The notes: generated from the sequence alone by a model not told the origin. A stretch of DNA of 64,000 nucleotides from an uncultured Hymenobacter sp. (GCA_964385095.1 CAYLNN010000014.1:23259-87258), one strand, 5' to 3'. Shown: positions 27,621 to 37,764, counted from the stretch's first letter. Translations and numbers: made by a program.

Positions 27621-28670
27621 TTAGTTTAGCGACGCCACGTCAATCACGAAGCGGTACTTTACGTCGCCTTTCAGCATGCGCTCGTAGGCTTCGTTGATGT
27701 GCTGAATATCAATCACCTCGATATCCGACATGATGTTGTGCTCGGCGCAGAAGTCGAGCATCTCCTGCGTTTCGGCGATGCCGCCGATGAGCGAGCCGGC
27801 CACGCGCCGGCGCTTGCTGATGAGGTTGAAGGCGTGCAGGTGCGGTGCCTCGGAGGGCACCCCCAGCAGAATCATGGTGCCGTCGAGGCGCAGCAGGTTC
27901 ACGTAGGCGCCGAGGTCAATCTGGGCCGAGATGGTGTTGATAATGAAGTCGAAGTAGTTGCCTACTGACTTGAACTGGTCTTTGTCGCTGGTTACCACAA
28001 ACTTGTGGGCGCCCAGGGCTTTGGCATCGGCTTCTTTACCGGCTGAGGTGCTGAGCACCGTTACTTCGGCACCCAGGGCCACGGCAAATTTTACGGCCAT
28101 GTGGCCCAGGCCGCCCAGGCCCATCACGGCTACGCGGTGGCCGGGGCCCACTTTCCACTGGCGCAGGGGCGAGTAGGTGGTGATGCCGGCGCACAGCAGC
28201 GGGGCCACGCGGGCCAGGTCGAGCTTCTCGCTCACCTTGAGGGTGTACTTCTCATCCACCACGATGCTTTGCGAGTAGCCGCCGTAGGTGGGCTGGCCGG
28301 TCTTGATTTCGCGGCCGTTGTAGGTGCCCACCATGCCAGTGGTTTCGCAGTATTGCTCCAAGCCTTCTTTGCAGGAGGTGCACTCGCGGCACGAGTCTAC
28401 CATGCAGCCCACGCCGGCGAGGTCACCGACTTTGAAGTTCTTGACGTGGTCGCCCACGGCCGACACGCGGCCCACAATTTCGTGGCCCGGCACCATCGGG
28501 AAAATAGAGCCGCCCCACTCGTCGCGAATCTGGTGCAAATCGGAGTGGCACACGCCGCAGAAGAGGATATCAATCTGCACGTCGTGGGCGCTGGGCGCCC
28601 GGCGCTCCAGCTGAAATGGTTCGAGGGGGATGTTGGCGGCGGGGGCCGCGTAAGCTTTGGTAGCCGACAT
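27621..28670 (-). CDS. NADPH-dependent zinc alcohol dehydrogenase (cinnamyl-ADH/YahK type)
   Basis: CGVCHSD, GHEIVG, CxxCxxC..C structural Zn site, LLCAGIT, GLGGLG. Confidence 0.95.
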   Translation of the reverse strand: MSATKAYAAPAANIPLEPFQLERRAPSAHDVQIDILFCGVCHSDLHQIRDEWGGSIFPMVPGHEIVGRVSAVGDHVKNFKVGDLAGVGCMVDSCRECTSCKEGLEQYCETTGMVGTYNGREIKTGQPTYGGYSQSIVVDEKYTLKVSEKLDLARVAPLLCAGITTYSPLRQWKVGPGHRVAVMGLGGLGHMAVKFAVALGAEVTVLSTSAGKEADAKALGAHKFVVTSDKDQFKSVGNYFDFIINTISAQIDLGAYVNLLRLDGTMILLGVPSEAPHLHAFNLISKRRRVAGSLIGGIAETQEMLDFCAEHNIMSDIEVIDIQHINEAYERMLKGDVKYRFVIDVASLN

Positions 28671-28781
28671 TATGGGAGCGGTTTGGTAAAGAGTAAGGCC
28701 CGCAAAAACGCCGCGGCGGCCCAGGGGGCAGCAGCGGCGCTTGCGTGGAGTGGGGCATTAACCCGGTCGGGCCGGCATTGT

Positions 28782-29438
28782 TTAAGAACGGGCAAGCTCT
28801 TCGGCCACCAGCCGGCGCATGCGGGCCAGCGACTGGTGGGCAAAGCGCCGCTGCAACGTGCGCCCAAACAGTTTGAACCCTAGCCAGTAGAACGGATTGC
28901 GAATGTGCCCCGGCTGCGACATGGCCTGAATGCGAAACTGCACCGTGCCGCTAGCCAGGTTCTTGTGCAGCGAAAAATTAATCTGGCCCTTCTCGAAGTG
29001 GCCTTCAAGGGTGCGGTAGCCGTAGCCCCACACCCGCTCGGGGCCGTCGGGGCCAGCCAGCGCGGCCTCGTCCACGACATCGACCACACGCACGCCGAAG
29101 TAGAAATTGAACACCAGAAAGCGCGCCCGCAGCAGCATCACGCGCTCGCCGAGCGGCTGGCTAGGGTCGAAGTAGCCGGTGATGAGGTTGGGCGGCGGAA
29201 AGGCGTAGCGGCGCATAACCTCCTGCGCCGCCGCAAATGCGCCGCGCGCCGCGGGCGGGCCGGGCGCCTCGGCGGGCAGGTCAATCTGGTACTTATCGAT
29301 GCGCCAGCCAGTGGCCGACGAGTACTCGTGCACCCGCTCGTAGTCATAATTGACCCTGGCGTGAGCATAAGCGTCGAGCCGAGCGCGGTACTGCTCCCAG
29401 GCGGGTGGGGTGCCGCCGGGGGCGGAGGGCTTATTCAT
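28782..29438 (-). CDS. DUF1990 family protein
   Basis: RVVDVVDE..GYGYRTLEGHFEKG motif. Confidence 0.75.
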   Translation of the reverse strand: MNKPSAPGGTPPAWEQYRARLDAYAHARVNYDYERVHEYSSATGWRIDKYQIDLPAEAPGPPAARGAFAAAQEVMRRYAFPPPNLITGYFDPSQPLGERVMLLRARFLVFNFYFGVRVVDVVDEAALAGPDGPERVWGYGYRTLEGHFEKGQINFSLHKNLASGTVQFRIQAMSQPGHIRNPFYWLGFKLFGRTLQRRFAHQSLARMRRLVAEELARS

Positions 29439-30006
29439 GCGTAAGCTCTTGCTTGGTAGTGCCGTTTTCGGCGTGGCGAATGGTTTCGACCGTGACGGGG
29501 CCTAGCGGCTGGCCCCCGCTGGCCGCGGCCACGCGCTTGCAGAACTCGACCCAGGTAGCCTTTTGCATCAGCTTGCCGCCGCCCATGGTGTCGTAGGCGA
29601 AAGCCACCAGCCCATCGCGCGAGCGGGCGGCCGAATAAATCTCGAAGCGCAGCGCATCGGCGCGGCCATCGAGCGGCTGCACCTGAAAGCGGATGCGCCC
29701 GGCCTCGGGATGGCCTTCGAGGGTCAGCAGCTCAAAAAAAGTAGGGCCCACGGCCGTTACGCGCACGCTGCCGTTCCAGGGCCCTAGTATTTTGATGTGA
29801 AACTCATCCTCAACGGCCAGGCTGCCGGCCGTGCCGCGGGTGCGCTCAAAATTGGCCAGCAGGCCCGGCGAAAAGCTGGGCACATCGGCCTGCACCGCGG
29901 CCATAAGCTGCGCCGGGGCCAGGCGGGGTCGCTCAATATCAATAAAGTAGCGGCGCTCTAGCAAGGGGCCGCTCCCCTGGGCGGCGGGCTGGGCAGTGTG
30001 GGCCAT
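29431..30006 (-). CDS. DUF1990-like protein
   Basis: GPWNGSVRV, TLEGHPEAG; overlaps the next gene by 8 bp. Confidence 0.7.
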   Translation of the reverse strand: MAHTAQPAAQGSGPLLERRYFIDIERPRLAPAQLMAAVQADVPSFSPGLLANFERTRGTAGSLAVEDEFHIKILGPWNGSVRVTAVGPTFFELLTLEGHPEAGRIRFQVQPLDGRADALRFEIYSAARSRDGLVAFAYDTMGGGKLMQKATWVEFCKRVAAASGGQPLGPVTVETIRHAENGTTKQELTHE

Positions 30007-30021
30007 TTGGGAATGGGTACG

Positions 30022-30147
30022 AAGTAATGGGTAATGAGCAATGGACGGCGCGTTGAGAGGCGAGCATTGCCTTTTTCGGCTTTCTTACGTAGCGCAGTCG
30101 GCGCCGTAAGGTTGCCTGGTGGCCTCGTGGCCAATTACTCATTACTT
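30022..30147. repeat. Degenerate inverted arms of GTAATGR heptamers
   Basis: AAGTAATGGGTAATGAGCAATGG ... CCAATTACTCATTACTT. Confidence 0.55.
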
Positions 30148-30163
30148 AGCACCTACTACAAAA

Positions 30164-30853
30164 ATGGCCTACTTCCGCCCGCCCGGCCCCGCGCCCGACC
30201 CCGCGCTGGTGCGCAGCCTCACCGAGCAGCAGCGCGAGCTGGCGCAGCGCGTGCGAGCCGAGCCGCTGGCCCACGAGCCGCGCCTGATTGCGGGCTGCGA
30301 CTCGTCGTTTCCGACACCCGACACTATTCTGTCGGTGTTCGTGGTGCTGGAGTTTCCATCGCTGAAGCTGGTGGAAAAAGTGTATAGCTACGGGCCCGTG
30401 ACGATGCCCTACGTGCCGGGCTTCTTGTCGTTTCGAGAAGCGCCCAACGTCATCCAGGCCTTTGCCAAGCTCCAGCACAAGCCCGACGTGATAATGGTGG
30501 ATGGCCACGGCATTGCCCACCCGCGCCGGGTGGGCATCGGGGCGCACCTGGGCGTGCTGCTCGACATGCCCACTTTCGGCGTGGCCAAGCAAAAGCTCAC
30601 CGGCACCTTTCAGGAGCCCGCACTTGAGAAAGGCAGCATCACGCCCCTGCTCGATGCCAAAACGGGCGAGCTCATCGGCGAAGTTGTGCGCAGCAAAGAC
30701 AAAGTGCTGCCGCTATTCGTGAGCCCCGGCCACCGCTGCGACCAGGCCACGGCCACGCGCCTGGCGCTAGCCTGCCTGCGCGGCTATAAGCTGCCCGAGC
30801 CCACCCGGCTCGCCGATTATTGGGCCGAGGAATTCAAGCAGGAAGTGCGCTGA
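30164..30853 (+). CDS. nfi: Endonuclease V
   Basis: AGCDSSF, PYVPGFLSFREAP, VDGHGIAHPRR.G, GVAK, VSPGH, LPEPTRLAD. Confidence 0.95.
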   Translation: MAYFRPPGPAPDPALVRSLTEQQRELAQRVRAEPLAHEPRLIAGCDSSFPTPDTILSVFVVLEFPSLKLVEKVYSYGPVTMPYVPGFLSFREAPNVIQAFAKLQHKPDVIMVDGHGIAHPRRVGIGAHLGVLLDMPTFGVAKQKLTGTFQEPALEKGSITPLLDAKTGELIGEVVRSKDKVLPLFVSPGHRCDQATATRLALACLRGYKLPEPTRLADYWAEEFKQEVR

Positions 30854-31032
30854 GCCGGGCGCAACGCCGGCGGCGAGCAGGCTGAAGTTCTTTTAGTTGG
30901 CCGGCGTGCGGGGTTCAGAAGGCTGAGCTTTATCTTTGATTGCTTTGCTCGTCGGCAAAGAATTATCGCGGGGTTCTTCGGTATAATGCGAAGCTCGGCC
31001 TACCCTTTTTCTTTGATTCCGCGCCCGGCGCC

Positions 31033-34000
31033 ATGGCTAGATTTTATTCGTTCGTCTTTTATTTTCTGCTAGCCTGCACGCTGGGCCCGGTTCCGGCCCT
31101 GGCCCAGACCACGCCCGGAACCGGGCCGCGCATTTGCGGCACCACCCAGGCCAATGCCGGGCAGCAGGCGGCCCTCAAGCGGCAGCTGCCCGGCTACAAT
31201 GCGGCCAAGCAGGCTAGCCCGGCGGCTGGGGCGCTGCGCACGGCGGCCACCACGTACACGCTGCCGGTGGTGGTGCACATCATTCACAACGGCGAGGCGG
31301 TGGGCACGGGCTCCAACATCAGCCAGGCGCAGGTGCAGTCGCAGCTTGACGTGCTGAACGAGGACTACCGCAACCTGAATGCCGACGGGGCGCTGGTGCC
31401 CAGCGTGTTTCAGCCGCTGCGGGCCGATGCCCAGTTTCAGTTTGTGCCGGCCATCCGCGACCCCAGCGGCGCCGCCCTGGCCGAGCCGGGTATCGACCGC
31501 GTGAGCCGGTCGGCCCGGGGCTTCACGGCCCCGCCCTACTCCCTGTCCTACACCGAAGCGACTATCAAGGCGGCTACCAGTTGGAATCCCGACCAGTACC
31601 TCAACATCTGGGTTTTAGACCTGGGCGGCGGAGTACTGGGCTACGCGCAGTTTCCGGACAACAACGCTGGCCTGGCCGGCCTGAGCCCGTTGGGCGGCCT
31701 GCCCGAAACCGATGGTGTGGCCATTTTGTACTCGGCCTTTGGGCGGGTGGGCACGCTAGGCCCCAAGTACAACAAGGGCCGCACGCTCACCCACGAACTG
31801 GGCCACTGGCTAGGGTTGATTCACGTGTGGGGTGATACCGACTGCGGCAATGACTACTGCGCCGACACGCCCACCCAGCAAACCGGCAACTATAATTGCC
31901 CCGCTTTCCCACACGTAACGTGCACCAACGGCCCCAGCGGCGACATGTTCATGAACTACATGGACTACGTGGACGACGCCTGCATGCAGCTGTTTTCGGG
32001 CAATCAAAAGGACCGAATGCAGGCCGTGTTTGCCACCGCCACCCCGCGGCGCGGGGTGTTGCTGACCTCGCCCGCCCTGTGCAATAGCTTCCTGACCGCC
32101 ACCGCCACCAACAGCGGCCCTGCCTGCCCCGGCGGCAGCGTGCGCCTGCAAGCCACCGGCCCAGCCGGCGCCCGCTACGCCTGGCAAGGCCCCAACGGCT
32201 ACACCAGCCCCGAGCAAAACCCCACGCTGCCCGGCGCCAGCCTAGCCACGGCGGGCGTGTACACCGTCACGGTATCGGATGACAGCGGCGCTTGCCCAGG
32301 CACGGCCCGCACTACCGTAGTGGTGCGGCCGGCGCCGCCCCGGCCGCAGCTAGCCCGCCCGACCACGGCGGCGTGCCCAGGCACGGCGGTGGCGCTCGCG
32401 GCCAGTGTTGCGGCGGCGGGCAGCCTGCCCAATGAGAACTTCAACGGGGCGGCGGCGGGCTGGACTATAGCCAGCACGGGCCTCGCCAGCACCGCCTGGC
32501 AGTACCGGATGCCACCCTTCAACTACTCCAGCGCGTATGTCGAGCTCAACCTTTACTCGCTCAATGGCAGCCGCTTTGCCTTTGCCAACTCCGATGCCGG
32601 CGGGCCCAATTCGCTTACTAATACTACCCTGACTTCGCCCACCTTCAGCACAGTGGGCTACAGCACGTTGCAGGTTGCCTTTCAGCAATATTACCGCCAC
32701 GACCCCGCTGACCTGGCCACGGTTGAAATCTCGACCAACGGCGGCACCACCTGGGCGCCGGTAGCCACCTACACCGAAGGCCAGGGCACCTCGCTGCAAC
32801 CCGCAGTTTCTACCATTAACCTCGATGCCTACGTGAGCCAGCCCAGCGTGCAGCTGCGCTGGCGCTACGTGGCTAGCTGGGGCTATTTCTGGGCCATTGA
32901 TAACGTGGCCGTGACGGGCACCCCAACGACTTTCACCTACGCCTGGAGCCTGGTGAGCGGCGACGGCCTGCCGGCCACCTCCACCGGGCCGACCGTAGTG
33001 GTGAGCCCTACCCAAAACTCCGTTTACCGCGTCACGGTGAGCAGCGCCGGCTTTGCCTGCACCACCAGCGACACGATTGGCGTGCGGCTGGCGGCCCCCG
33101 TGTGGAGCGGCGCGGCCGGTAACGGCAGTTGGTTTGACGCCGCCAACTGGCGCGGCGGCTGCGTGCCCACGCGCGCCACCGATGCCGTTGTTCCGGCTGG
33201 CCTCGGCACGCCCTACCCCACCCTGGCGGGCGGCACCGCCGAAGTCCGCACCCTTACCCAGCAGGGCAGCCTGACGCTAACGGCGGGCGAGCTGGCCCTC
33301 TACGGCGACTACGCGGGCCCCGGCGCCCTTACCCAAACCGGTGGCACCGTAGCCACCCGCGGCAACGCCGCCCAAACCCTGCGCGCGGGCAGCTACCAGA
33401 CGCTGCTCGTGGCCGGCACCGGTGCCAAGACGATTGGGGCGGCCACCATTGGGGCCAGCCTCACGCTGGCGGGCCCCGTGCTTAGCACGGGCCCCGCTAC
33501 CCTCACGCTAGCCCCCGCCGCTACCATTACCGAAACCGACGCCAGCTACGTGCTGGGTAATGTGCAAACCACGCGCACGCTGGGCACCGCGCCCGAGAGC
33601 TTCGGCGGGCTGGGCCTGACGGTGACCGCGGCCCGCGCCCCCGGCGCTACCACGGTAGTGCGCACCACCGGCCAGCCGCAGGGCGTGGGCGGAGCCAGCA
33701 GCATCAGCCGCTATTTTGCTATCACGGCGGCCAACGGGCGCAGCCTGCCGGGCGCCACGCTCAGCCAGCAGTATGCTCCGCACGAGCTTAATAGCTTGCT
33801 GGAAAACCAGCTAACGATGTTCCGCTCGGCCGATGCGGGCGCTACCTGGACCAATGAGGGCGCCACCCAGCGCGATATCGCCACCCGCACCGTGCGCCGC
33901 ACCTTCGTTGCGGACCTCAACGGCCGCTGGACCCTCGCCAACGCCAGCAGCCCCCCCACGCCGGCCGCCAGCACCTACGCCATCAATGCGTTTCCGGTGC

Positions 34001-34233
34001 CTTTTGGCGCCGAGGGCATCTCGATACAGGTGACGACGGCCACGGCCGGCCCGCTCCGCGCCCGGCTCTACGATATGCTGGGCCGCCTGCTCTATGACCA
34101 GGCGCTGGCCTCGGTTGAGGTCGGCACCAGCACCCTGGCGCTGCCCGGCGCGGGCCTGCTAGCCCCCGCCAAGTACGTGCTCGTGGTGCAGCAAGGCGAC
34201 CAGACCGCCCGCCTGACGGTGGTGCGGCAGTAA
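31033..34233 (+). CDS. M43 (pappalysin-like) zinc metalloprotease with Ig-like modules and T9SS C-terminal domain
   Basis: RICGT pro-peptide Cys, HELGHWLGLIH, MNYMDY Met-turn; C-terminal FPVPF..LYDMLGR..YVLVV. Confidence 0.9.
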   Translation: MARFYSFVFYFLLACTLGPVPALAQTTPGTGPRICGTTQANAGQQAALKRQLPGYNAAKQASPAAGALRTAATTYTLPVVVHIIHNGEAVGTGSNISQAQVQSQLDVLNEDYRNLNADGALVPSVFQPLRADAQFQFVPAIRDPSGAALAEPGIDRVSRSARGFTAPPYSLSYTEATIKAATSWNPDQYLNIWVLDLGGGVLGYAQFPDNNAGLAGLSPLGGLPETDGVAILYSAFGRVGTLGPKYNKGRTLTHELGHWLGLIHVWGDTDCGNDYCADTPTQQTGNYNCPAFPHVTCTNGPSGDMFMNYMDYVDDACMQLFSGNQKDRMQAVFATATPRRGVLLTSPALCNSFLTATATNSGPACPGGSVRLQATGPAGARYAWQGPNGYTSPEQNPTLPGASLATAGVYTVTVSDDSGACPGTARTTVVVRPAPPRPQLARPTTAACPGTAVALAASVAAAGSLPNENFNGAAAGWTIASTGLASTAWQYRMPPFNYSSAYVELNLYSLNGSRFAFANSDAGGPNSLTNTTLTSPTFSTVGYSTLQVAFQQYYRHDPADLATVEISTNGGTTWAPVATYTEGQGTSLQPAVSTINLDAYVSQPSVQLRWRYVASWGYFWAIDNVAVTGTPTTFTYAWSLVSGDGLPATSTGPTVVVSPTQNSVYRVTVSSAGFACTTSDTIGVRLAAPVWSGAAGNGSWFDAANWRGGCVPTRATDAVVPAGLGTPYPTLAGGTAEVRTLTQQGSLTLTAGELALYGDYAGPGALTQTGGTVATRGNAAQTLRAGSYQTLLVAGTGAKTIGAATIGASLTLAGPVLSTGPATLTLAPAATITETDASYVLGNVQTTRTLGTAPESFGGLGLTVTAARAPGATTVVRTTGQPQGVGGASSISRYFAITAANGRSLPGATLSQQYAPHELNSLLENQLTMFRSADAGATWTNEGATQRDIATRTVRRTFVADLNGRWTLANASSPPTPAASTYAINAFPVPFGAEGISIQVTTATAGPLRARLYDMLGRLLYDQALASVEVGTSTLALPGAGLLAPAKYVLVVQQGDQTARLTVVRQ

Positions 34234-34251
34234 GGCTAGCCCGCATCGCAT

Positions 34252-34289
34252 AAAAAAGGCCCGCTCTGCCCAAGAGGCGGGCCTTTTTT
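34252..34289. terminator. Bidirectional intrinsic terminator
   Basis: AAAAAAGGCCCGC..GCGGGCCTTTTTT. Confidence 0.8.
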
Positions 34290-34304
34290 ATGGAGAACTT
34301 AACG

Positions 34305-35204
34305 TTAGCCAAAAGCCGCTCGCAGGCTGGCCAGCGACTCGCCCGCCGCCGTGGGCAGGCTCAGCAGCTGCGCCACGGCGGCGTACACCACGCCCGGCCC
34401 AACCGCAGCCAGGATGCCTTGGTCGCCAGCCGCCTGGGTGGTTTTACTCAGCTTGTGGCCCGCTGCATCGGCAAGCAGGCCGTGGTGGTAAAACCGGAGG
34501 CGCGTGGGGGTAAAGCCCCTGGTTTCGGGTAGCTGCGCAGCCAGCCACAACTGCGCCGCCGTGCTGGGCAGCAGGTCCAGGCCCCGCACAATGAGCGTGG
34601 TACCCAGCCGCAAGTCATCGGCCACCGAGGCTAGCTGATAGGCCGCCACGCCGTCTTTTTTGCGTATCACAAAGTCGGGCATCTCCCTGGCCAGCGGCAC
34701 GGCTACTGGGCCCTGCCCGCCATCGGCCCAGGCCACGGCGGTGCCCGCTGGCACCCGCACCCGCCACGCCGCGCCGGGGGTACCGAGCGGCACCGTGACC
34801 GCGGGCGCACTGCCCGAGCGCGAGCGCGGACTGCCATAAAGTAGGCCCGGCCGCTGCGCCAGCCGCCGCAGCAGCTGGTTGTATTCGGGCAGGTGCAGCA
34901 GCTGCGAGTGGTGCCGCAGAAAATCGTCGGGGCTAGCTGGCCCGTGGTCGTAATCAAGGCCTAGCCAGTCGATTACCCGAAAAATATTTTCCAGGTACCC
35001 GCGCCGCAAACGGGCGCGGTCGAGGTCGTCGATGCGCAGGTGCAGCGTGCCGCCCACCCGGCGCACCAGCAGCCAGGTGAGCACAAAGTTGACGGCATTG
35101 CCGAGATGCAGGTAGCCGCTGGGCGTAGGGGCTAGCCGGCCGATTGTTGGTTGTTCGTTGTTCGTTATCAGTTGTTCAGCATCCGATAGTGGTCCGACAG
35201 TCAT
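34305..35204 (-). CDS. gluQ: GluQ-like glutamyl-queuosine tRNA(Asp) synthetase (GluRS catalytic domain only)
   Basis: RLAPTPSGYLHLGN, LRIDDLD, YQLASVADD, IVRGLDLL, KLSK; no anticodon domain; start uncertain. Confidence 0.75.
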   Translation of the reverse strand: MTVGPLSDAEQLITNNEQPTIGRLAPTPSGYLHLGNAVNFVLTWLLVRRVGGTLHLRIDDLDRARLRRGYLENIFRVIDWLGLDYDHGPASPDDFLRHHSQLLHLPEYNQLLRRLAQRPGLLYGSPRSRSGSAPAVTVPLGTPGAAWRVRVPAGTAVAWADGGQGPVAVPLAREMPDFVIRKKDGVAAYQLASVADDLRLGTTLIVRGLDLLPSTAAQLWLAAQLPETRGFTPTRLRFYHHGLLADAAGHKLSKTTQAAGDQGILAAVGPGVVYAAVAQLLSLPTAAGESLASLRAAFG

Positions 35205-35239
35205 ACGCTCATCCGAACAACGAGCAACGAATAACGAGC
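35144..35239. repeat. Inverted arms of GTTGTTC-type heptamers at the selD/gluQ junction
   Basis: TTGTTGGTTGTTCGTTGTTCGTTATCAGTTGTTC ... GAACAACGAGCAACGAATAACGAGC. Confidence 0.8.
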
Positions 35240-36301
35240 TTATTCCAGCACTATCCACGGCTCGCCTTCGGTGTGCGGCCGCAGCTCGCCAAAGCTTTCT
35301 AGGGCTAGCCCGTGCCGGGCAAATACGGCCTGGGCGGCGGCTTCGGCCGCGCCGGGCTCCACGCAGACGAGCAAGCCGCCCGAAGTTTGGGGGTCGCAGA
35401 GATAGAATTTCTGCTCCTCCGTGAGGGAGCCGATTTTGTGGCCGTAGCTGGCAAAGTTGCGCACCGTGCCGCCGGGCACCGCACCTTGCAGCAGGTAGCG
35501 CTCGGCCTGGGCCAGGCGCGGCACGTGAAAATAATTGATAACTGCCTGCACCTCACTACCTTCGCACACCTCCGAGAGGTGACCTAGCAGGCCAAAGCCA
35601 GTGATGTCGGTCATGGCCTTAATACCGGCGATTTCGCCCAGCTCGGCCCCAATCTTATTGAGCTGGCGCATCTGGGCCGGAGCCACGTCGGCATCTTCGG
35701 GGCGCAGAATCTCGCGCTTCTGGGCCGTAGTGAGAATACCCACCCCTAGCGGCTTGGTGAGATAGAGCCGGCAGCCGGCGGTAGCTGTGTCGTTGCGCTT
35801 GAGATTGGCTTCGCTCACAAGGCCCGTTACGGCCAGCCCAAAAATCGGCTCGGGCGAGTCGATGCTGTGGCCGCCCGCCAGCGGAATACCCGCCTCGGCG
35901 CAGATGGCGCGGGCGCCCTCCGTGACGCGGGCGGCCACCTCGGGCGCCAGCTTGTCGATGGGCCAGCCCAGCACCGCAATGGCTAGCAGCGGCTTGCCGC
36001 CCATCGCGTAAACATCGGAAATGGCGTTGGCCGAGGCAATGCGCCCGAAGTCGAAGGCGTCATCGACGATGGGCATAAAAAAATCGGTGGTGCTGATAAC
36101 GCATTGCCCGGCCTGCTCGGGCAGGCGGTACACGGCCGCGTCGTCGCGGCTGCCATTGCCCACGAGTAGGTTGTCGTAGTTGGGCTGCGGCAGGCTGCTG
36201 TGCAGGATTTTGTCGAGCACGCTAGGGGCAATTTTGCAGCCGCAGCCCGCGCCGTGGCTGTATTGGGTAAGGCGGATTTGGTCGAGGTCGGTGGGAGTCA
36301 T
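35240..36301 (-). CDS. selD: Selenide, water dikinase (Cys form)
   Basis: [53 protein letters not shown]; active-site codon TGC. Confidence 0.97.
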   Translation of the reverse strand: MTPTDLDQIRLTQYSHGAGCGCKIAPSVLDKILHSSLPQPNYDNLLVGNGSRDDAAVYRLPEQAGQCVISTTDFFMPIVDDAFDFGRIASANAISDVYAMGGKPLLAIAVLGWPIDKLAPEVAARVTEGARAICAEAGIPLAGGHSIDSPEPIFGLAVTGLVSEANLKRNDTATAGCRLYLTKPLGVGILTTAQKREILRPEDADVAPAQMRQLNKIGAELGEIAGIKAMTDITGFGLLGHLSEVCEGSEVQAVINYFHVPRLAQAERYLLQGAVPGGTVRNFASYGHKIGSLTEEQKFYLCDPQTSGGLLVCVEPGAAEAAAQAVFARHGLALESFGELRPHTEGEPWIVLE

Positions 36302-36324
36302 ATCTATCGGAGAGCTAGCGCTCG

Positions 36325-36714
36325 TTAAAAATTCCAGGCGGCGTGTTGCAGCACCACTCGGTAACCGTCGGGGTCAGCAAAGGTGAGACCCTGGCGGTCC
36401 CAATAAGCGTTGTAGGCTGGCACCGGCGCATAGCCGTGCCTTTGCATTCGCGCTACGGCAGCTTCCCACTGGGCACGCTCGGCTAGGTAAAAAACGAGTA
36501 GGTTTTCGGCGGTGGGCGCGGGCGGCACCCTATGGGCCGCCTGCTGGGTGAACTCGAAATGATAGGGGGCGTCTGGGTGCCCAAGCATCAGGCCATCGAA
36601 ACCGTCGTGCCCGGCGAACGCGTAGAGCTCAGCCAAGCCCAGGCCTTCCACATAGAAATGGCGTACCGCCGTCAAGTCGTTAGTGGGCCGGGCTACTCGC
36701 AGCTTCGGAATCAT
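36325..36714 (-). CDS. VOC/glyoxalase family protein (YycE-like)
   Basis: [40 protein letters not shown]. Confidence 0.88.
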   Translation of the reverse strand: MIPKLRVARPTNDLTAVRHFYVEGLGLAELYAFAGHDGFDGLMLGHPDAPYHFEFTQQAAHRVPPAPTAENLLVFYLAERAQWEAAVARMQRHGYAPVPAYNAYWDRQGLTFADPDGYRVVLQHAAWNF

Positions 36715-37747
36715 AGCTGGTTGGCTTTAGTGGGGTAGCTATAGTTTTCGCCGCCGCCAGCACCAGCGCCGCATTGGTCGCCGCGTCGGTGCCCTCGGCG
36801 GGCACGACGGTCGCCGGCCGGCCTTCCAGCCCATAGCCGTAGCTCTTGTCGTAATACGCCAGTACCAACTCGACCATGCGGGCCATGTCACCGTCGGCGA
36901 TGGCGCCGAGTGCTTCCTTGGTAACGAGGCCGCCTAGGCGCTTGCGCAGCCGCAGCACGGCCGCGGCTAGCCCGGCGGCATCGTGGCGGCCGTAGTCGGC
37001 GGCCAGGTACTGCACGCGGGCCGCGCTGGGCACGTCGAGCACCACCAGCGGCGCGGCGCGCATCTGCTCAAAAAACGCGGCCGGGATGCCCAGCCCGCCA
37101 ATGGTGCGGCTCTCGTCCTCAACCCAAATGGGGCGGTCGTTGGGCAGCTTGGCGAGCGCGGCAGCGAGGTCGTTCTCAAATTGTTCCTGCGTAGGCTGCG
37201 GCGGCTGGCCCAGGCTGCCAAACGACGAGCCCAGGTGGTTGGCTAGCCCCTCCAGGTCGAGTACTGGCTCGCCGCGCCGCGCCAGTTCGTGTAGCACGGC
37301 GGTTTTGCCGCTGCCAGTGTAGCCGCCCAGCACGCGCAACTGGCGCGGGCGGGCAAACTCGGCCAGCGCCCAGCCGCGGTAGTCCTTGTAGCCTTTGTCG
37401 AGCAGGTTGACGTGGAAGCCGCCCAGCTCAAGCAGCCACAATACGGCGCCGCTGCGCATGCCGCCGCGCCAGCAGTGCAGGCGCACTTCCTGGCCGGGCG
37501 CCAGCTTTTTGGCTTGCTCCACCATCGCCCGCATTTTGGGCCCGAAGAAATCGAGGCCCAGCAGCACGGCCTTGTCGGGGCTCACCTGCTTGTAGGTGGT
37601 GCCGATGCGCGCGCGCTCCTCATCACTGAAAAGCGGCAGGCTCAGCGCGCCCGGAATATGGCCCTGGGCGTACTCGGCCGGGGCGCGCACGTCGAGGATG
37701 GGACCAGCGGCGGTATCAAGAAAATCGGTTATTGGGTGGCGGGGCAT
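36680..37747 (-). CDS. mnmH: tRNA 2-selenouridine(34) synthase (SelU/MnmH)
   Basis: Rhodanese DVRAPAEY..GHIPGA and CWRGGMRS; P-loop GYTGSGKT; DLEGLANH.GS.FG; WVEDESR.IG. Confidence 0.95.
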   Translation of the reverse strand: MPRHPITDFLDTAAGPILDVRAPAEYAQGHIPGALSLPLFSDEERARIGTTYKQVSPDKAVLLGLDFFGPKMRAMVEQAKKLAPGQEVRLHCWRGGMRSGAVLWLLELGGFHVNLLDKGYKDYRGWALAEFARPRQLRVLGGYTGSGKTAVLHELARRGEPVLDLEGLANHLGSSFGSLGQPPQPTQEQFENDLAAALAKLPNDRPIWVEDESRTIGGLGIPAAFFEQMRAAPLVVLDVPSAARVQYLAADYGRHDAAGLAAAVLRLRKRLGGLVTKEALGAIADGDMARMVELVLAYYDKSYGYGLEGRPATVVPAEGTDAATNAALVLAAAKTIATPLKPTSYDSEAASSPAH

Positions 37748-37764
37748 GGCGGGGGATAATAAGT

